NCBI GenBank assembly: GCA_964383745.1
Contig: CAYLHV010000005.1
Coordinates: 21,033-85,032 of the forward strand
Direction of reading: 5' to 3'
DNA: 64,000 bases
Source of the DNA: an uncultured Rickettsiales bacterium
GTDB taxonomy: Bacteria > Pseudomonadota > Alphaproteobacteria > Rickettsiales > CAYLHV01
The stretch's first letter is position 1; each line of letters begins with the position of its first letter. A program made the position numbers and the translations under genes. The notes beneath the pieces were generated by a model. It made no database searches and was not told where the DNA came from. It saw nothing but the letters and a program-made list of their open reading frames with translations. Shown piece after piece: positions 41,342 through 49,534 of this stretch.

Positions 41342-41723
41342 GGTTTTTTTTGATAATTTTTTTATAAAACATAAGATTTGTATATTTTGAGGCGCAAAAA
41401 TGTCGTAATAGGCAACTTGTAGGAATTGATGTTGGAATAAAAATGAAGTGCAACAAAGACAGTACCAATACTTGTAACAGCGCTGAACCATCATATAATA
41501 ATCAAAAATTGCAAAAGAAGGAATGTGTCTCAAAGAAGCCGCTTCAGCATTAAACCAGGCGAATAAATCAAAGATTGCCACATCTTCAACTTGCTGATTA
41601 CGACACGGGTGGTTAAATTTCCGAAGAATTTAATGCTCCTGATTCACTCTTGAAAAATATTAGTTGCATGTATATTTAATCTAGAGTAAGAATGACAAAT
41701 ATTGGTTTGTTTTTATTTGAGGT

Positions 41724-42656
41724 TTGGTGTCAATCATGGCTTTGTTTTGGGATTTATTTTTCAAAATCAGTGCTTCTTTCTTCAGCATTTTAATGGGTTT
41801 CACCGCAAGCAGAATGTTGCAAGTGGATAAGAAAGCCATTGTTACAATTTTATTTTACCTCATCACGCCAATTGTTTTTTTTAAAACTGTTGCTGACATT
41901 AAAATGAGCTTTGGTGTTTTGATTCTACCACTCATCATGTTCTGCATTTCCAGCATCATTGCTTTTTCATTTCTATTCTTCAGCAAAAAAATTTGGCATG
42001 ACCAAATCAGTAATCTGGTTGGATTGTCGGCTGGCACTGCAAATGTGGGCTATTTTGCTTTGCCAATTGCAGTGACTTTATTTGATGAAAACACGCTTGG
42101 TGTATTCATCATGTGCATGCTTGGAGTCAATATTTTTGAGATTTCTCTCGGTTTTTTCATCGCTTCAATTGGCAGTTTTACAATGCGTGAGAGTTTTCAC
42201 AAAATTCTCAAACTTCCAACAATATATGCTTTCGTCATGGGTTGCATTTTTAGTGTGGTGGGGATTGGAATTCCTGATGTTTTTCACGATTTCATGCAAG
42301 ATATGCGAAGCTGCTATGTGGTGCTGGGAATGATGATCATTGGTTTTGGGCTAGCAGAAATTAAGGAATTTAAGCTAGATTTTAAATTTATTGGTATGAC
42401 ATTTTTGGCAAAATTCATTGTCTGGCCAGCAATCATTTGCCTGCTTATTTTGCTTGATAAATTCGTTTTTGGTCTCTATGATGAGTCGATATATGGCGTG
42501 TTTATTTTAATTTCTGTGGTTCCACTTGCAGCAAACACAGTTTCTGTTGCATCACTTTTAAATTGTTACCCTGAAAAAGCCGCTGCTGCAGTTTTGTTGA
42601 GCACAATTTTTGCAATTTTCTATGTGCCAATGATTGCCGTTTTTTTCATTATATGA
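41724..42656 (+). CDS. AEC (auxin efflux carrier) family membrane transporter
   Basis: 310 aa, ~10 TM helices with the two-lobed AEC layout. The start is ambiguous (TTG 41724, GTG 41727 or ATG 41736). Confidence 0.65.
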   Translation: MVSIMALFWDLFFKISASFFSILMGFTASRMLQVDKKAIVTILFYLITPIVFFKTVADIKMSFGVLILPLIMFCISSIIAFSFLFFSKKIWHDQISNLVGLSAGTANVGYFALPIAVTLFDENTLGVFIMCMLGVNIFEISLGFFIASIGSFTMRESFHKILKLPTIYAFVMGCIFSVVGIGIPDVFHDFMQDMRSCYVVLGMMIIGFGLAEIKEFKLDFKFIGMTFLAKFIVWPAIICLLILLDKFVFGLYDESIYGVFILISVVPLAANTVSVASLLNCYPEKAAAAVLLSTIFAIFYVPMIAVFFII

Positions 42657-42666
42657 GAGGTTGAGA

Positions 42667-43926
42667 ATGAAGCAAAATGAAATGATTGACGGGAAAATGG
42701 CTTATTTTAGCTGGATTTTGTCCATTTTTTTCTTTATGTATCAATATATCTCAAGACTTTCGCCCGGTGTGATTGCCAGTGAACTCATGCAGCATTTTCA
42801 GATTAATGCATTCGAATTTTCAAAACTCACTTCCACATATTATTTAATCTATGCTTTAATGCAAATTCCTGTGGGAATTCTACTTGACCGATTTGGCGCT
42901 CGATATGTGATTTTTGGCATGTCTTTAATTTGCGCAATCGCTAATTTGGTTTTTGTTTCGACCACAAATTTGGAACTGGCCATTTTCTGCAGAGGAGCAA
43001 TGGGTTTTGCCTCAATTGCAGGCTTCATTGGCAGTGCTAAAGTGATCAGCTCTTGTTTTCCCAAAGAACAATATAATCGCATGATCACCCTCACATTTGC
43101 AATTGGTTTGAGTGGAGCATTTTTAAGTGGGCAACCTTTGACCTATTTAATGGAGATTTATGGCTGGAAAAATGTGTTGATTGTTAATTCCTATGTTGGC
43201 TTTGCAATTTCTATTCTCATTTGGTTTTTTATTAAAGGCGATTCCAAGCAAAGCAAAGGAGTTTCCTTTTCTTTCTCCGAGCTTTGGCAAGTCTTGGGAA
43301 ATAAGAAAATTCTTTTAACTGGAATTGGGGCGTTGCTTGCTGCCGCTTCCTACACAGCTTTTGCTGATGTTTGGGGAAATGTTTTTTTGAACATGTCCTA
43401 CGGAATTAACAAAGAAAAAGCCTCTTTAATCATTTCGAATCTATATTTAGGAATGTGTTTTGGTGGGTTGGTTTTGAGCTATTTTGGAACAAAATTTGAC
43501 CGATATGTTGTTGCAGCTTTCAGTTCTTTTGCAATGTGTGTTTTGATGTTGCTAATTCTTTTTAAAGTCTCGGAAAATCAAATTTTACTCTCAATCATGA
43601 CGTTCTTGATTGGCATTCTCTGCGGCTATCAAGTTTTGATGTTCATCATTGTTGGAAATTTAGCACCAAAACATCTCTACGCAATTGCCACTTCGGTAAC
43701 TAACACAATGATCATGGGTTCCGGAAGCGTGTTTCAAAGCTTGATTGGATTTTTGATTGAAAAAACACACGATTCTTCCGCAGAGAAAATAGTAACAAGT
43801 GAAGTCATTTCCGGAATGGAAAGATATGGCTCCAACGAATTGCTGGTTTCACTTCTTGCGGTGCCTGTCGGGCTCTTAATTGCGGGAGGAATTTTTCTGA
43901 CAATGAGAGAAGGCGAGCGTGGGTAA
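42667..43926 (+). CDS. MFS transporter
   Basis: ~419 aa from the ATG at 42667 (GAGG SD upstream). 12 predicted helices. MFS loop motif GILLDRFGARYV. Confidence 0.75.
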   Translation: MKQNEMIDGKMAYFSWILSIFFFMYQYISRLSPGVIASELMQHFQINAFEFSKLTSTYYLIYALMQIPVGILLDRFGARYVIFGMSLICAIANLVFVSTTNLELAIFCRGAMGFASIAGFIGSAKVISSCFPKEQYNRMITLTFAIGLSGAFLSGQPLTYLMEIYGWKNVLIVNSYVGFAISILIWFFIKGDSKQSKGVSFSFSELWQVLGNKKILLTGIGALLAAASYTAFADVWGNVFLNMSYGINKEKASLIISNLYLGMCFGGLVLSYFGTKFDRYVVAAFSSFAMCVLMLLILFKVSENQILLSIMTFLIGILCGYQVLMFIIVGNLAPKHLYAIATSVTNTMIMGSGSVFQSLIGFLIEKTHDSSAEKIVTSEVISGMERYGSNELLVSLLAVPVGLLIAGGIFLTMREGERG

Positions 43927-44072
43927 TGCTAAGATCAAATTAATGACCCAGTAACATAATTAAAAACCTAACAACCTCCGTCATTGCGAGCCGAAGGCGC
44001 GGCAAACCAGAGTTATTTTGCCTTCGAATGCAACACAACTCTGGATTGCTTCGCTTGGCTCGCAATGACGAG
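43924..44072. repeat. RPE-like palindromic repeat, copy C (complete, both arms)
   Basis: Left arm ccgtcattgcgagccgaaggcgcggcaaaccagagtt (from 43978) and right arm aactctggattgcttcgcttggctcgcaatgacgag (to 44072) are inverted complements. The 5' part (gctaagatcaa..taattaaaaacctaacaacc) matches copies A and B. Lies between the convergent MFS and hsp20 genes. Confidence 0.8.
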
Positions 44073-44083
44073 TTTTCGGTTTG

Positions 44084-44554
44084 TTATTTTTTCTTCTCTG
44101 AAACTAACTTCTTGTCTGAAATTAATTTTGTGGAACCGGCATTAATTTCAATTTTGAGAGGTTTGTCTGCTTCCAAAGTTTCCCGGAAAATGTTGATTTT
44201 CAAGAAACCATCTTGCAGATCAGCGCCAGAGATTTTCATGTTTTCAGCAAGATTGAAGCGTCTTTGGAAAGAACGCGTCGCAATGCCTCTATAGAGAAAG
44301 TCTGGAGACTCAGTCGAATCAGCATGTTTTCCAGAAATGGTTAAGAGATTTTTCTCCAAAGAAATGTCGAGATCTTCTTTAGAAAAACCCGCAATTGCCA
44401 TGGTGATTCTGTAATCATTTTCAGAAAGTTTCTCAATGTTGTAGGGTGGGTAGGAATTCTGGACAGAATCCGCACCTGCACGCTCTAAAAGGTCTGAGAA
44501 ATAGTCAAAGCCGACTGATGAACGGAAAAGTGGTGATAAATCAAATCTAGTCAT
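44084..44554 (-). CDS. ibpA: Small heat-shock protein (Hsp20/alpha-crystallin, IbpA-like)
   Basis: 156 aa. PPYNIEK..ENDYRITMAIAGF and the alpha-crystallin core GIATRSFQRRFNLAE..GADLQDGFL. Confidence 0.88.
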   Translation of the reverse strand: MTRFDLSPLFRSSVGFDYFSDLLERAGADSVQNSYPPYNIEKLSENDYRITMAIAGFSKEDLDISLEKNLLTISGKHADSTESPDFLYRGIATRSFQRRFNLAENMKISGADLQDGFLKINIFRETLEADKPLKIEINAGSTKLISDKKLVSEKKK

Positions 44555-44560
44555 TTTAGT

Positions 44561-44580
44561 TCTCCTTAATTTAAGCGAGA
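44561..44580 (-). promoter_or_regulatory. ROSE-like RNA thermometer hairpin sequestering the hsp20 Shine-Dalgarno
   Basis: mRNA 5'-UCUC(G)CUU-AAAUU-AAGGAGA-3'. This is a 7-bp stem with a single bulged G opposite the SD. It contains UCGCU (ROSE U(U/C)GCU signature), and the SD ends 7 nt before the AUG. Confidence 0.55.
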
Positions 44581-44655
44581 TTATTAAATTTGCTGAATTT
44601 CTCAGCGTTTGGTTAACATGCGAGACACCTAATAGGCTTGCCTTGCATGATAATA

Positions 44656-44684
44656 ATATGGGGATTGCTTTTTAGAATTTCAAG
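44656..44684 (-). promoter_or_regulatory. Sigma32 (RpoH)-type heat-shock promoter for hsp20
   Basis: The minus strand reads CCCCCCCTCTTGAAA-N14-CCCCATATTA. -35 CTTGAAA = 44684-44678 and -10 CCCCATAT = 44663-44656, close to the CTTGAAA/CCCCATNT consensus. Leaves a ~95-nt leader. Confidence 0.6.
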
Positions 44685-44840
44685 AGGGGGGGTATAATTT
44701 TTTTTCATGATGTTGTCAAAATAACATCTAGAATTAATTATATGTGCCTAGAAAGAGGCTTTTTTAGAAGTAAATCATTATAATTTCAATTTTAAATGGT
44801 ATAATTAATTAACTACTTTAACGATTGATTGATTTAAAAT

Positions 44841-45707
44841 ATGAATAACATGTTGAAATTGTTGACTTTTCTTATTTTTATGGGATCACCTTGTCAGATT
44901 CTGGCTTTTGAAGAAAAAAAGCTTGAAGCTTCAAGTTTGAAAAATCTCAAAAAAATTGGTAAGGCAATTAAAATCAAAAATAATGAATCTAAAAAAACTT
45001 ATGTTATTCTAAAAGAAGGAAAAGACTCCCCAAAAATCAATATCAACCCCGAAACGCCAAAGAAAAATTCTTCTCTTGAGCGAGGAAATTTGAAAATGGA
45101 GATTAAATCTCCAAATGATCTAAAAACCAGATTGCAAAAAGAAAAAGCAATGGAAATGGCCTATGTTGCTTACCATTCTGGACAAATTTCTTCGGCTTTA
45201 AATTTATATGAGAGAATTTTGCAAGATGATCCTAAAAATCTGGAGGCGTTATTTAGCGTGGCAACAATTTTTCATGAAGAAGGAAATTATGAAGAAGCGA
45301 AGAAAAATTATGGAAAAATTCTGGAAATTAAGCCAGGTCATTTACCGGCGATTAATAACTATTTAGCATTAATTTCTGGAGCATCGCCAGCTGAAGCTTT
45401 AAGAGAATTTCGCAAACTTGAAGCAGCAAATCCAAAAATGGCAATCATTCCAGCTCAAATTGGCATGCTCTATTTCAAACAAGGAAATTCTAAAAAAGCA
45501 ATTTTGAATTTAGTGAAAGCAGTGAATCTGGACCCTGAAAATAGGGAATATAGATATAATTTGGCCATTTTATATGATTTAAGCGGTAATGTGGCTGATG
45601 CTGTTAATTTATATCAACAAATTTTAAAAATGAAACCTCAAAATCAAGAAAATTTCTTGATTGAGGAAGTTAGCGAAAGACTTTCAATTTTGAGAGAGGG
45701 AAAATGA
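44841..45707 (+). CDS. Secreted TPR-repeat protein
   Basis: 288 aa. N-terminal signal-like segment (LLTFLIFMGSPCQILA) and several TPR units (AYHSGQISSALNLYERIL.., GNYEEAKKNYGKILEIKP.., GNSKKAILNLVKAVNLDP..). The stop lies 1 nt before the pilT start. Confidence 0.75.
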   Translation: MNNMLKLLTFLIFMGSPCQILAFEEKKLEASSLKNLKKIGKAIKIKNNESKKTYVILKEGKDSPKININPETPKKNSSLERGNLKMEIKSPNDLKTRLQKEKAMEMAYVAYHSGQISSALNLYERILQDDPKNLEALFSVATIFHEEGNYEEAKKNYGKILEIKPGHLPAINNYLALISGASPAEALREFRKLEAANPKMAIIPAQIGMLYFKQGNSKKAILNLVKAVNLDPENREYRYNLAILYDLSGNVADAVNLYQQILKMKPQNQENFLIEEVSERLSILREGK

Positions 45708-45708
45708 A

Positions 45709-46770
45709 ATGAATGCAATTGAATTAACAAAATTTGCTCTTGAAAAAAAAGCTTCAGACATTCATTTGTCATCAGGCCAACCTCCTTCATTGCGGATTTC
45801 TGGAGATTTGATTGCTCTTAATGCTGAGCCTTTGAGCGCTGAGGCGGTGATTAGATTCTTGTCTGAAATCATGTCTGAAGAGCAAATTAGAATTTTCCAG
45901 GAAAAGAAAGATCTTGATTTTGCAATTGACATTGCTGGAAACAGATTCAGGGTGAATGTTTTTTTTGTTTTGAATGGTCCAGCTTGTGTCATGAGACATA
46001 TTCCGCAAGAAATTTTGACTTTAGAACAACTCAGAATTCCGCAATCAATCAGGCATTTGGTGAATTTAACACAAGGCTTGGTGCTCATCACGGGCGTGAC
46101 TGGTAGCGGTAAATCCACCACTCTTGCGGCTTTAATTAATCATATTAATGAAAATGAGCATAAACATATTCTCACCATTGAAGATCCAATTGAGTTTGTG
46201 CATAAATCTAAGAAATCTTTGGTGAATCAGAGGGAAGTTGGCAAACATTCCGAGTCTTTCGCAGCCGCTTTAAAAGGCTCTTTAAGAGAAGATTTAGATG
46301 TGGTTTTGGTGGGAGAAATGCGTGATTACGAAACAATTAAACTCGCGCTCACAATTGCAGAAACTGGGCATTTGGTTTTCGCAACATTGCACTCAAGCTC
46401 AGCAGCGCAAACTCTTGACAGATTGGTCGGTGTGTTTCCGGGAAATGAAAAAGAGATGATCATGAAAATGTTGAGTGGCTCTTTGGAAGCCGTGGTGGCA
46501 CAAAAATTGCTGAAAAAGAAAGATGGGTCAGGCGTTGTGGCAGCACATGAAGTGATGATTTCAAATTCTGGTGTGCGTAATTTAATTCGGGAAGGAAAAA
46601 TTTCTCAGCTCGATTCAATGTTGCAAATTGGCTCAAAATATGGCATGTGCACAATGAAAGATTCGGTGGATGCGTTGGTGAAAGCTGGCATTGTTGATGC
46701 AAAAGTTGCACAAAATGCACTGAATAATTTATATGAAGAAAATAAAAATTCTGGAAATACGACTTTTTAA
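45709..46770 (+). CDS. pilT: Type IV pilus retraction ATPase, PilT family
   Basis: 353 aa. ASDIHLSSGQPPSLRISGDL, Walker A GVTGSGKSTT, Asp box, Walker B VVLVGEMRD, His box TGHLVFATLHS. Confidence 0.88.
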   Translation: MNAIELTKFALEKKASDIHLSSGQPPSLRISGDLIALNAEPLSAEAVIRFLSEIMSEEQIRIFQEKKDLDFAIDIAGNRFRVNVFFVLNGPACVMRHIPQEILTLEQLRIPQSIRHLVNLTQGLVLITGVTGSGKSTTLAALINHINENEHKHILTIEDPIEFVHKSKKSLVNQREVGKHSESFAAALKGSLREDLDVVLVGEMRDYETIKLALTIAETGHLVFATLHSSSAAQTLDRLVGVFPGNEKEMIMKMLSGSLEAVVAQKLLKKKDGSGVVAAHEVMISNSGVRNLIREGKISQLDSMLQIGSKYGMCTMKDSVDALVKAGIVDAKVAQNALNNLYEENKNSGNTTF

Positions 46771-46868
46771 GAGTTTTTTCAATTAAAAGTTGATTTACCT
46801 GTTTTTTGTTGCTATCATTTAATATAGAACTTTACTTACAAAACCTATTTTTATGTGAGGATTATAAA

Positions 46869-47627
46869 ATGTTAAAAAATATTAAAAAACTGAGAAGCCA
46901 AAAAGGTTTCACGCTTGTGGAGATCTCAATTGTGCTTGTCATCATTGGACTGATTGTCAGCGGTGTTCTTGTTGGTCAGGAATTAGTGAAAAACGCAGAA
47001 ATTCGCTCTCTAATTACACAAATTGAAGGGTATAATACTGCTTCATATACGTTTAAAGATAAATATCGCACATTACCTGGGGATTTTGCTAATGCTGTGA
47101 ATATGCTTGGTGCGGCGGCGAATGGTGATGGAAATGGGCTTGTACATGATGCTGCGGGAACGCCAGCAGCTGCAGCAACCACAATCGTAGGAGAAATTGT
47201 TGGATTTTGGCAACATTTGAACCTCGCGGGCCTTGCAGAAACTGCATATTCTGGACTTTCAGCAGGCGGAACGGCTTTAAACGGAGGAGGACAGAATTTC
47301 CCAACCATGAAAGGAAATAACTCTGCAGGCATTTTAGTATATTCCACTCCGGAGCGAGTTAATTATTACCATATTGGTATTATTGGAGACACTACTACAA
47401 CTATCACTACAGGAGGCGCAATGAGACCTGATGGTGCATATAATTTAGACCAAAAAATCGATGATGGAAGAGCAGATGCTGGAAATGTGCGGGCCATGGG
47501 TGGCATTGAAACCGCTCCTTCAGATGGAGCAACTGGAAGCCCTGGTTGTGTGATTACTACCGCTCTTGACGCATATAATGCTGCTAACACTACTGGAACA
47601 GATTGCCAACTTCGTGTCAGAATGTGA
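46869..47627 (+). CDS. Type IV pilin-like protein (prepilin leader, Gly/Ala/Thr-rich globular part, C-terminal Cys pair)
   Basis: From the ATG at 46869 (GAGGA SD): MLKNIKKLRSQKG/FTLVEISIVLVIIG. This is a class III signal with G-1, F+1 and E+5. C-terminal ..SPGCVITTALDAYNAANTTGTDC.. forms a disulfide-loop-like region. The track ORF starts earlier (46806). Confidence 0.85.
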   Translation: MLKNIKKLRSQKGFTLVEISIVLVIIGLIVSGVLVGQELVKNAEIRSLITQIEGYNTASYTFKDKYRTLPGDFANAVNMLGAAANGDGNGLVHDAAGTPAAAATTIVGEIVGFWQHLNLAGLAETAYSGLSAGGTALNGGGQNFPTMKGNNSAGILVYSTPERVNYYHIGIIGDTTTTITTGGAMRPDGAYNLDQKIDDGRADAGNVRAMGGIETAPSDGATGSPGCVITTALDAYNAANTTGTDCQLRVRM

Positions 47628-47900
47628 TTTTTAATTCACATTTTCCAAAAACCCTCAAGCAAAATCTTGTTTGGGGGTTTTCTTTATATTTCATATATTT
47701 ACGCCTTTATAATAATTTTTCTTTAGAATCCAGAGTTTTACTAATTCATTGTATTATATAGAAAATATAAAATATTTATTATTTATTCATTATATGGGTT
47801 GTATATCTAGTTGACTTGATATATAATATCTCATATTTCTAATAATCTAGTTTTAGATTATTAATATTCAATTAACTAATGTTTGGGGTGCGTGATCATG
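47592..47900 (+). repeat. Duplicated module copy 1: pilin 3' end plus conserved non-coding block upstream of ankyrin gene 1
   Basis: Aligns by eye with 48641-48911 at high identity, for example ttctttagaatccagagttt.ctaattcattgtattatata and tctcatattt..a.t.atctagtttta.attatta.attcaattaacta. Confidence 0.8.
47647..47690 (+). terminator. Possible intrinsic terminator after the pilin gene
   Basis: Imperfect hairpin aaaaccctcaag-caaaat-cttgtttgggggtttt followed by a T-rich run. This ~40-bp segment is missing from the duplicated copy at 48689. Confidence 0.3.
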
Positions 47901-48542
47901 AGAAATTATCTATTATATATTAACGTTGATGCAACTACTGGTGTTGTTGAACGAGGAAGCATTGCAGAAAGGCTTGTAATGAGCAGAAAAAGAAGATTAG
48001 ATCTCTTGTCTGAGCTAACTCCAGAAGAAATTCAGGCGGAAAAAGCGGCAAGAGGGGCTCTACTGGATAATCTAGTGAAATTATATATGCATGAAGGAAT
48101 TGATGCAGTTGCCAGATTCATACCAGATGCAAGAATTCGTTGTGAAGTGGTTGACTTATTTATTCAAAAAATGTTGCACTATGATGTGGATGTGAATGCT
48201 GCAAATTTTAAAGGACACACATTTTTGATGCTTGCAGGAGCATTTGGCTCAAATCACTCTGTCATCTCTCTTTTGCAAAAAGGAGCTAATGTGAATATTT
48301 GTTGTCATCATCAAGAAATGACTCCTTTGATGTATGCAGCTAAATATGGCAAAACTAACAACGTTAAAAAATTGCTATTTGCAGGTTCCTATGTGGAACA
48401 ACGTGTTAGGGAAAATTCAGGTCCATTATCAGGAGCAAAGGCGAGTGACATTGCAAAATGGTTTAAACGTGAGGAAGCTCGTTCTGTAATCACAGATTTG
48501 GAGGAAGCATTAGCAGAATCAAGAGGATCAAGATATATTTGA
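47898..48542 (+). CDS. Ankyrin-repeat protein, paralogue 1
   Basis: 214 aa from the ATG at 47898. ANK units GHTFLMLAGAFGSNHSVISLLQKGANVN and MTPLMYAAKYGKTNNVKKLLFAG. Shares RVRENSGPLSGAKASD with the gene at 48909. Confidence 0.8.
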   Translation: MRNYLLYINVDATTGVVERGSIAERLVMSRKRRLDLLSELTPEEIQAEKAARGALLDNLVKLYMHEGIDAVARFIPDARIRCEVVDLFIQKMLHYDVDVNAANFKGHTFLMLAGAFGSNHSVISLLQKGANVNICCHHQEMTPLMYAAKYGKTNNVKKLLFAGSYVEQRVRENSGPLSGAKASDIAKWFKREEARSVITDLEEALAESRGSRYI

Positions 48543-48571
48543 TGTGAAATTATTTTGGTTCTTTGGATTGA

Positions 48572-48676
48572 GATGACGGAGGTTCTCCCCTAGGGCGGTG
48601 CATTTTCTGTTCTGAGAGGGAATTTCCTGCGTCTGACACTTCTGGAACAGATTGCCCATTTCGTATCATAATGTGA
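48572..48676 (+). pseudogene. Promoterless 3' fragment of a second pilin gene (last ~34 codons)
   Basis: Reads DDGGSPLGRCIFCSEREFPASDTSGTDCPFRIIM*, against the pilin C-terminus DGATGSPGCVITTALDAYNAANTTGTDCQLRVRM*. Same stop context (aatgtgatttttaatt). No N-terminal part and no start codon. Confidence 0.65.
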
Positions 48677-48911
48677 TTTTTAATTAACGTTTTCTTTATA
48701 TTTCATATATTTAAGCCTTTATGCTCATTTTTCTTTAGAATCCAGAGTTTCGCTAATTCATTGTATTATATAAGAATTATAAAATATTTATTATTCCCTC
48801 ATTATATGAGTTGTAAAGCCACCAAGTTTGATATATAGTATCTCATATTTTTAATTATCTAGTTTTAAATTATTACATTCAATTAACTATTTTCCGAGGT
48901 TCGTGATTATG
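48641..48911 (+). repeat. Duplicated module copy 2: pilin-fragment 3' end plus conserved non-coding block upstream of ankyrin gene 2
   Basis: See copy 1 (47592-47900). It lacks the ~40-bp hairpin segment present in copy 1. Confidence 0.8.
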
Positions 48912-49532
48912 AAAGAGCATATATTCTATATTGAAGTTAAAGCAAATCAAGGTATTGTTGCACGAGGAAGTGAAGCACTAAGAAAAAGGAAATTGGATGA
49001 GCTATCCAAGATAGCCACAGAAGAGCTTCGGGCAGAAAAAATGGCACTATTCGATAAATTAGTAGAACTATATATGCGGGAAGGAATTGATCCAATTACC
49101 GAATTGATAGATGATGCAAAAATTCGTCAGAAATGGGTCGATTTGTTTATAAAGACAGTACTATCTCGTGACATAAATGTGAATATTCGAAACTGTAAAG
49201 GGCAAACATTATTGATGTTTGCGGCAGCACATGGATCAATTAAATCTGTGAAATCTCTTTTGCAGAAAAATGCTGATGTGGATCTTTGCTGTAATCATGA
49301 TGAAATGACTCCTTTAATATATGCAGCTAAATATGGCAAAATTGATAATATTAAAGAATTGATACTTGCGGGTGCTAACATAATACATCGAGTTAGAGAA
49401 AATTCCGGCCCACTATCAGGAGCGAAGGCAAGTGATGTGGCAAGATGTTTCGGTCATTTTTCTTCCTGCCAGCTCATTACAGACGTGGAAAAAATATTAT
49501 TAAAAGACGAAAATAAATGTATGACATTATAA
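48909..49532 (+). CDS. Ankyrin-repeat protein, paralogue 2
   Basis: 207 aa from the ATG at 48909. GQTLLMFAAAHGSIKSVKSLLQKNADVD and MTPLIYAAKYGKIDNIKELILAGANI. Collinear with paralogue 1. Confidence 0.8.
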   Translation: MKEHIFYIEVKANQGIVARGSEALRKRKLDELSKIATEELRAEKMALFDKLVELYMREGIDPITELIDDAKIRQKWVDLFIKTVLSRDINVNIRNCKGQTLLMFAAAHGSIKSVKSLLQKNADVDLCCNHDEMTPLIYAAKYGKIDNIKELILAGANIIHRVRENSGPLSGAKASDVARCFGHFSSCQLITDVEKILLKDENKCMTL

Positions 49533-49534
49533 AA

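Noticed and set aside
41321-41581. 86-aa minus-strand ORF in the spacer upstream of the cyclase gene; the region looks slightly more coding-like than its flanks.
   Set aside because: The Cys/Tyr/Phe-rich translation has no recognisable motif, no SD, and an implausible position between a promoter-like sequence and nothing downstream. It could be a decayed gene remnant, but I cannot support that without a BLASTX search.
44028-44294. 88-aa plus-strand ORF (MQHNSGLLRLARNDEF...).
   Set aside because: It begins inside the right arm of the palindromic repeat (LLRLARNDE is the translated repeat) and then runs antisense to hsp20. It is an artefact of the repeat.
47861-47876. TTAA-N7-TTAAC (CtrA-box consensus) upstream of ankyrin paralogue 1.
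   Set aside because: It is an exact match. However, a 9-position A/T-dominated motif is expected by chance a few times in 64 kb of AT-rich DNA, and the paralogous copy has lost the spacing. It is kept only as a note inside another finding.
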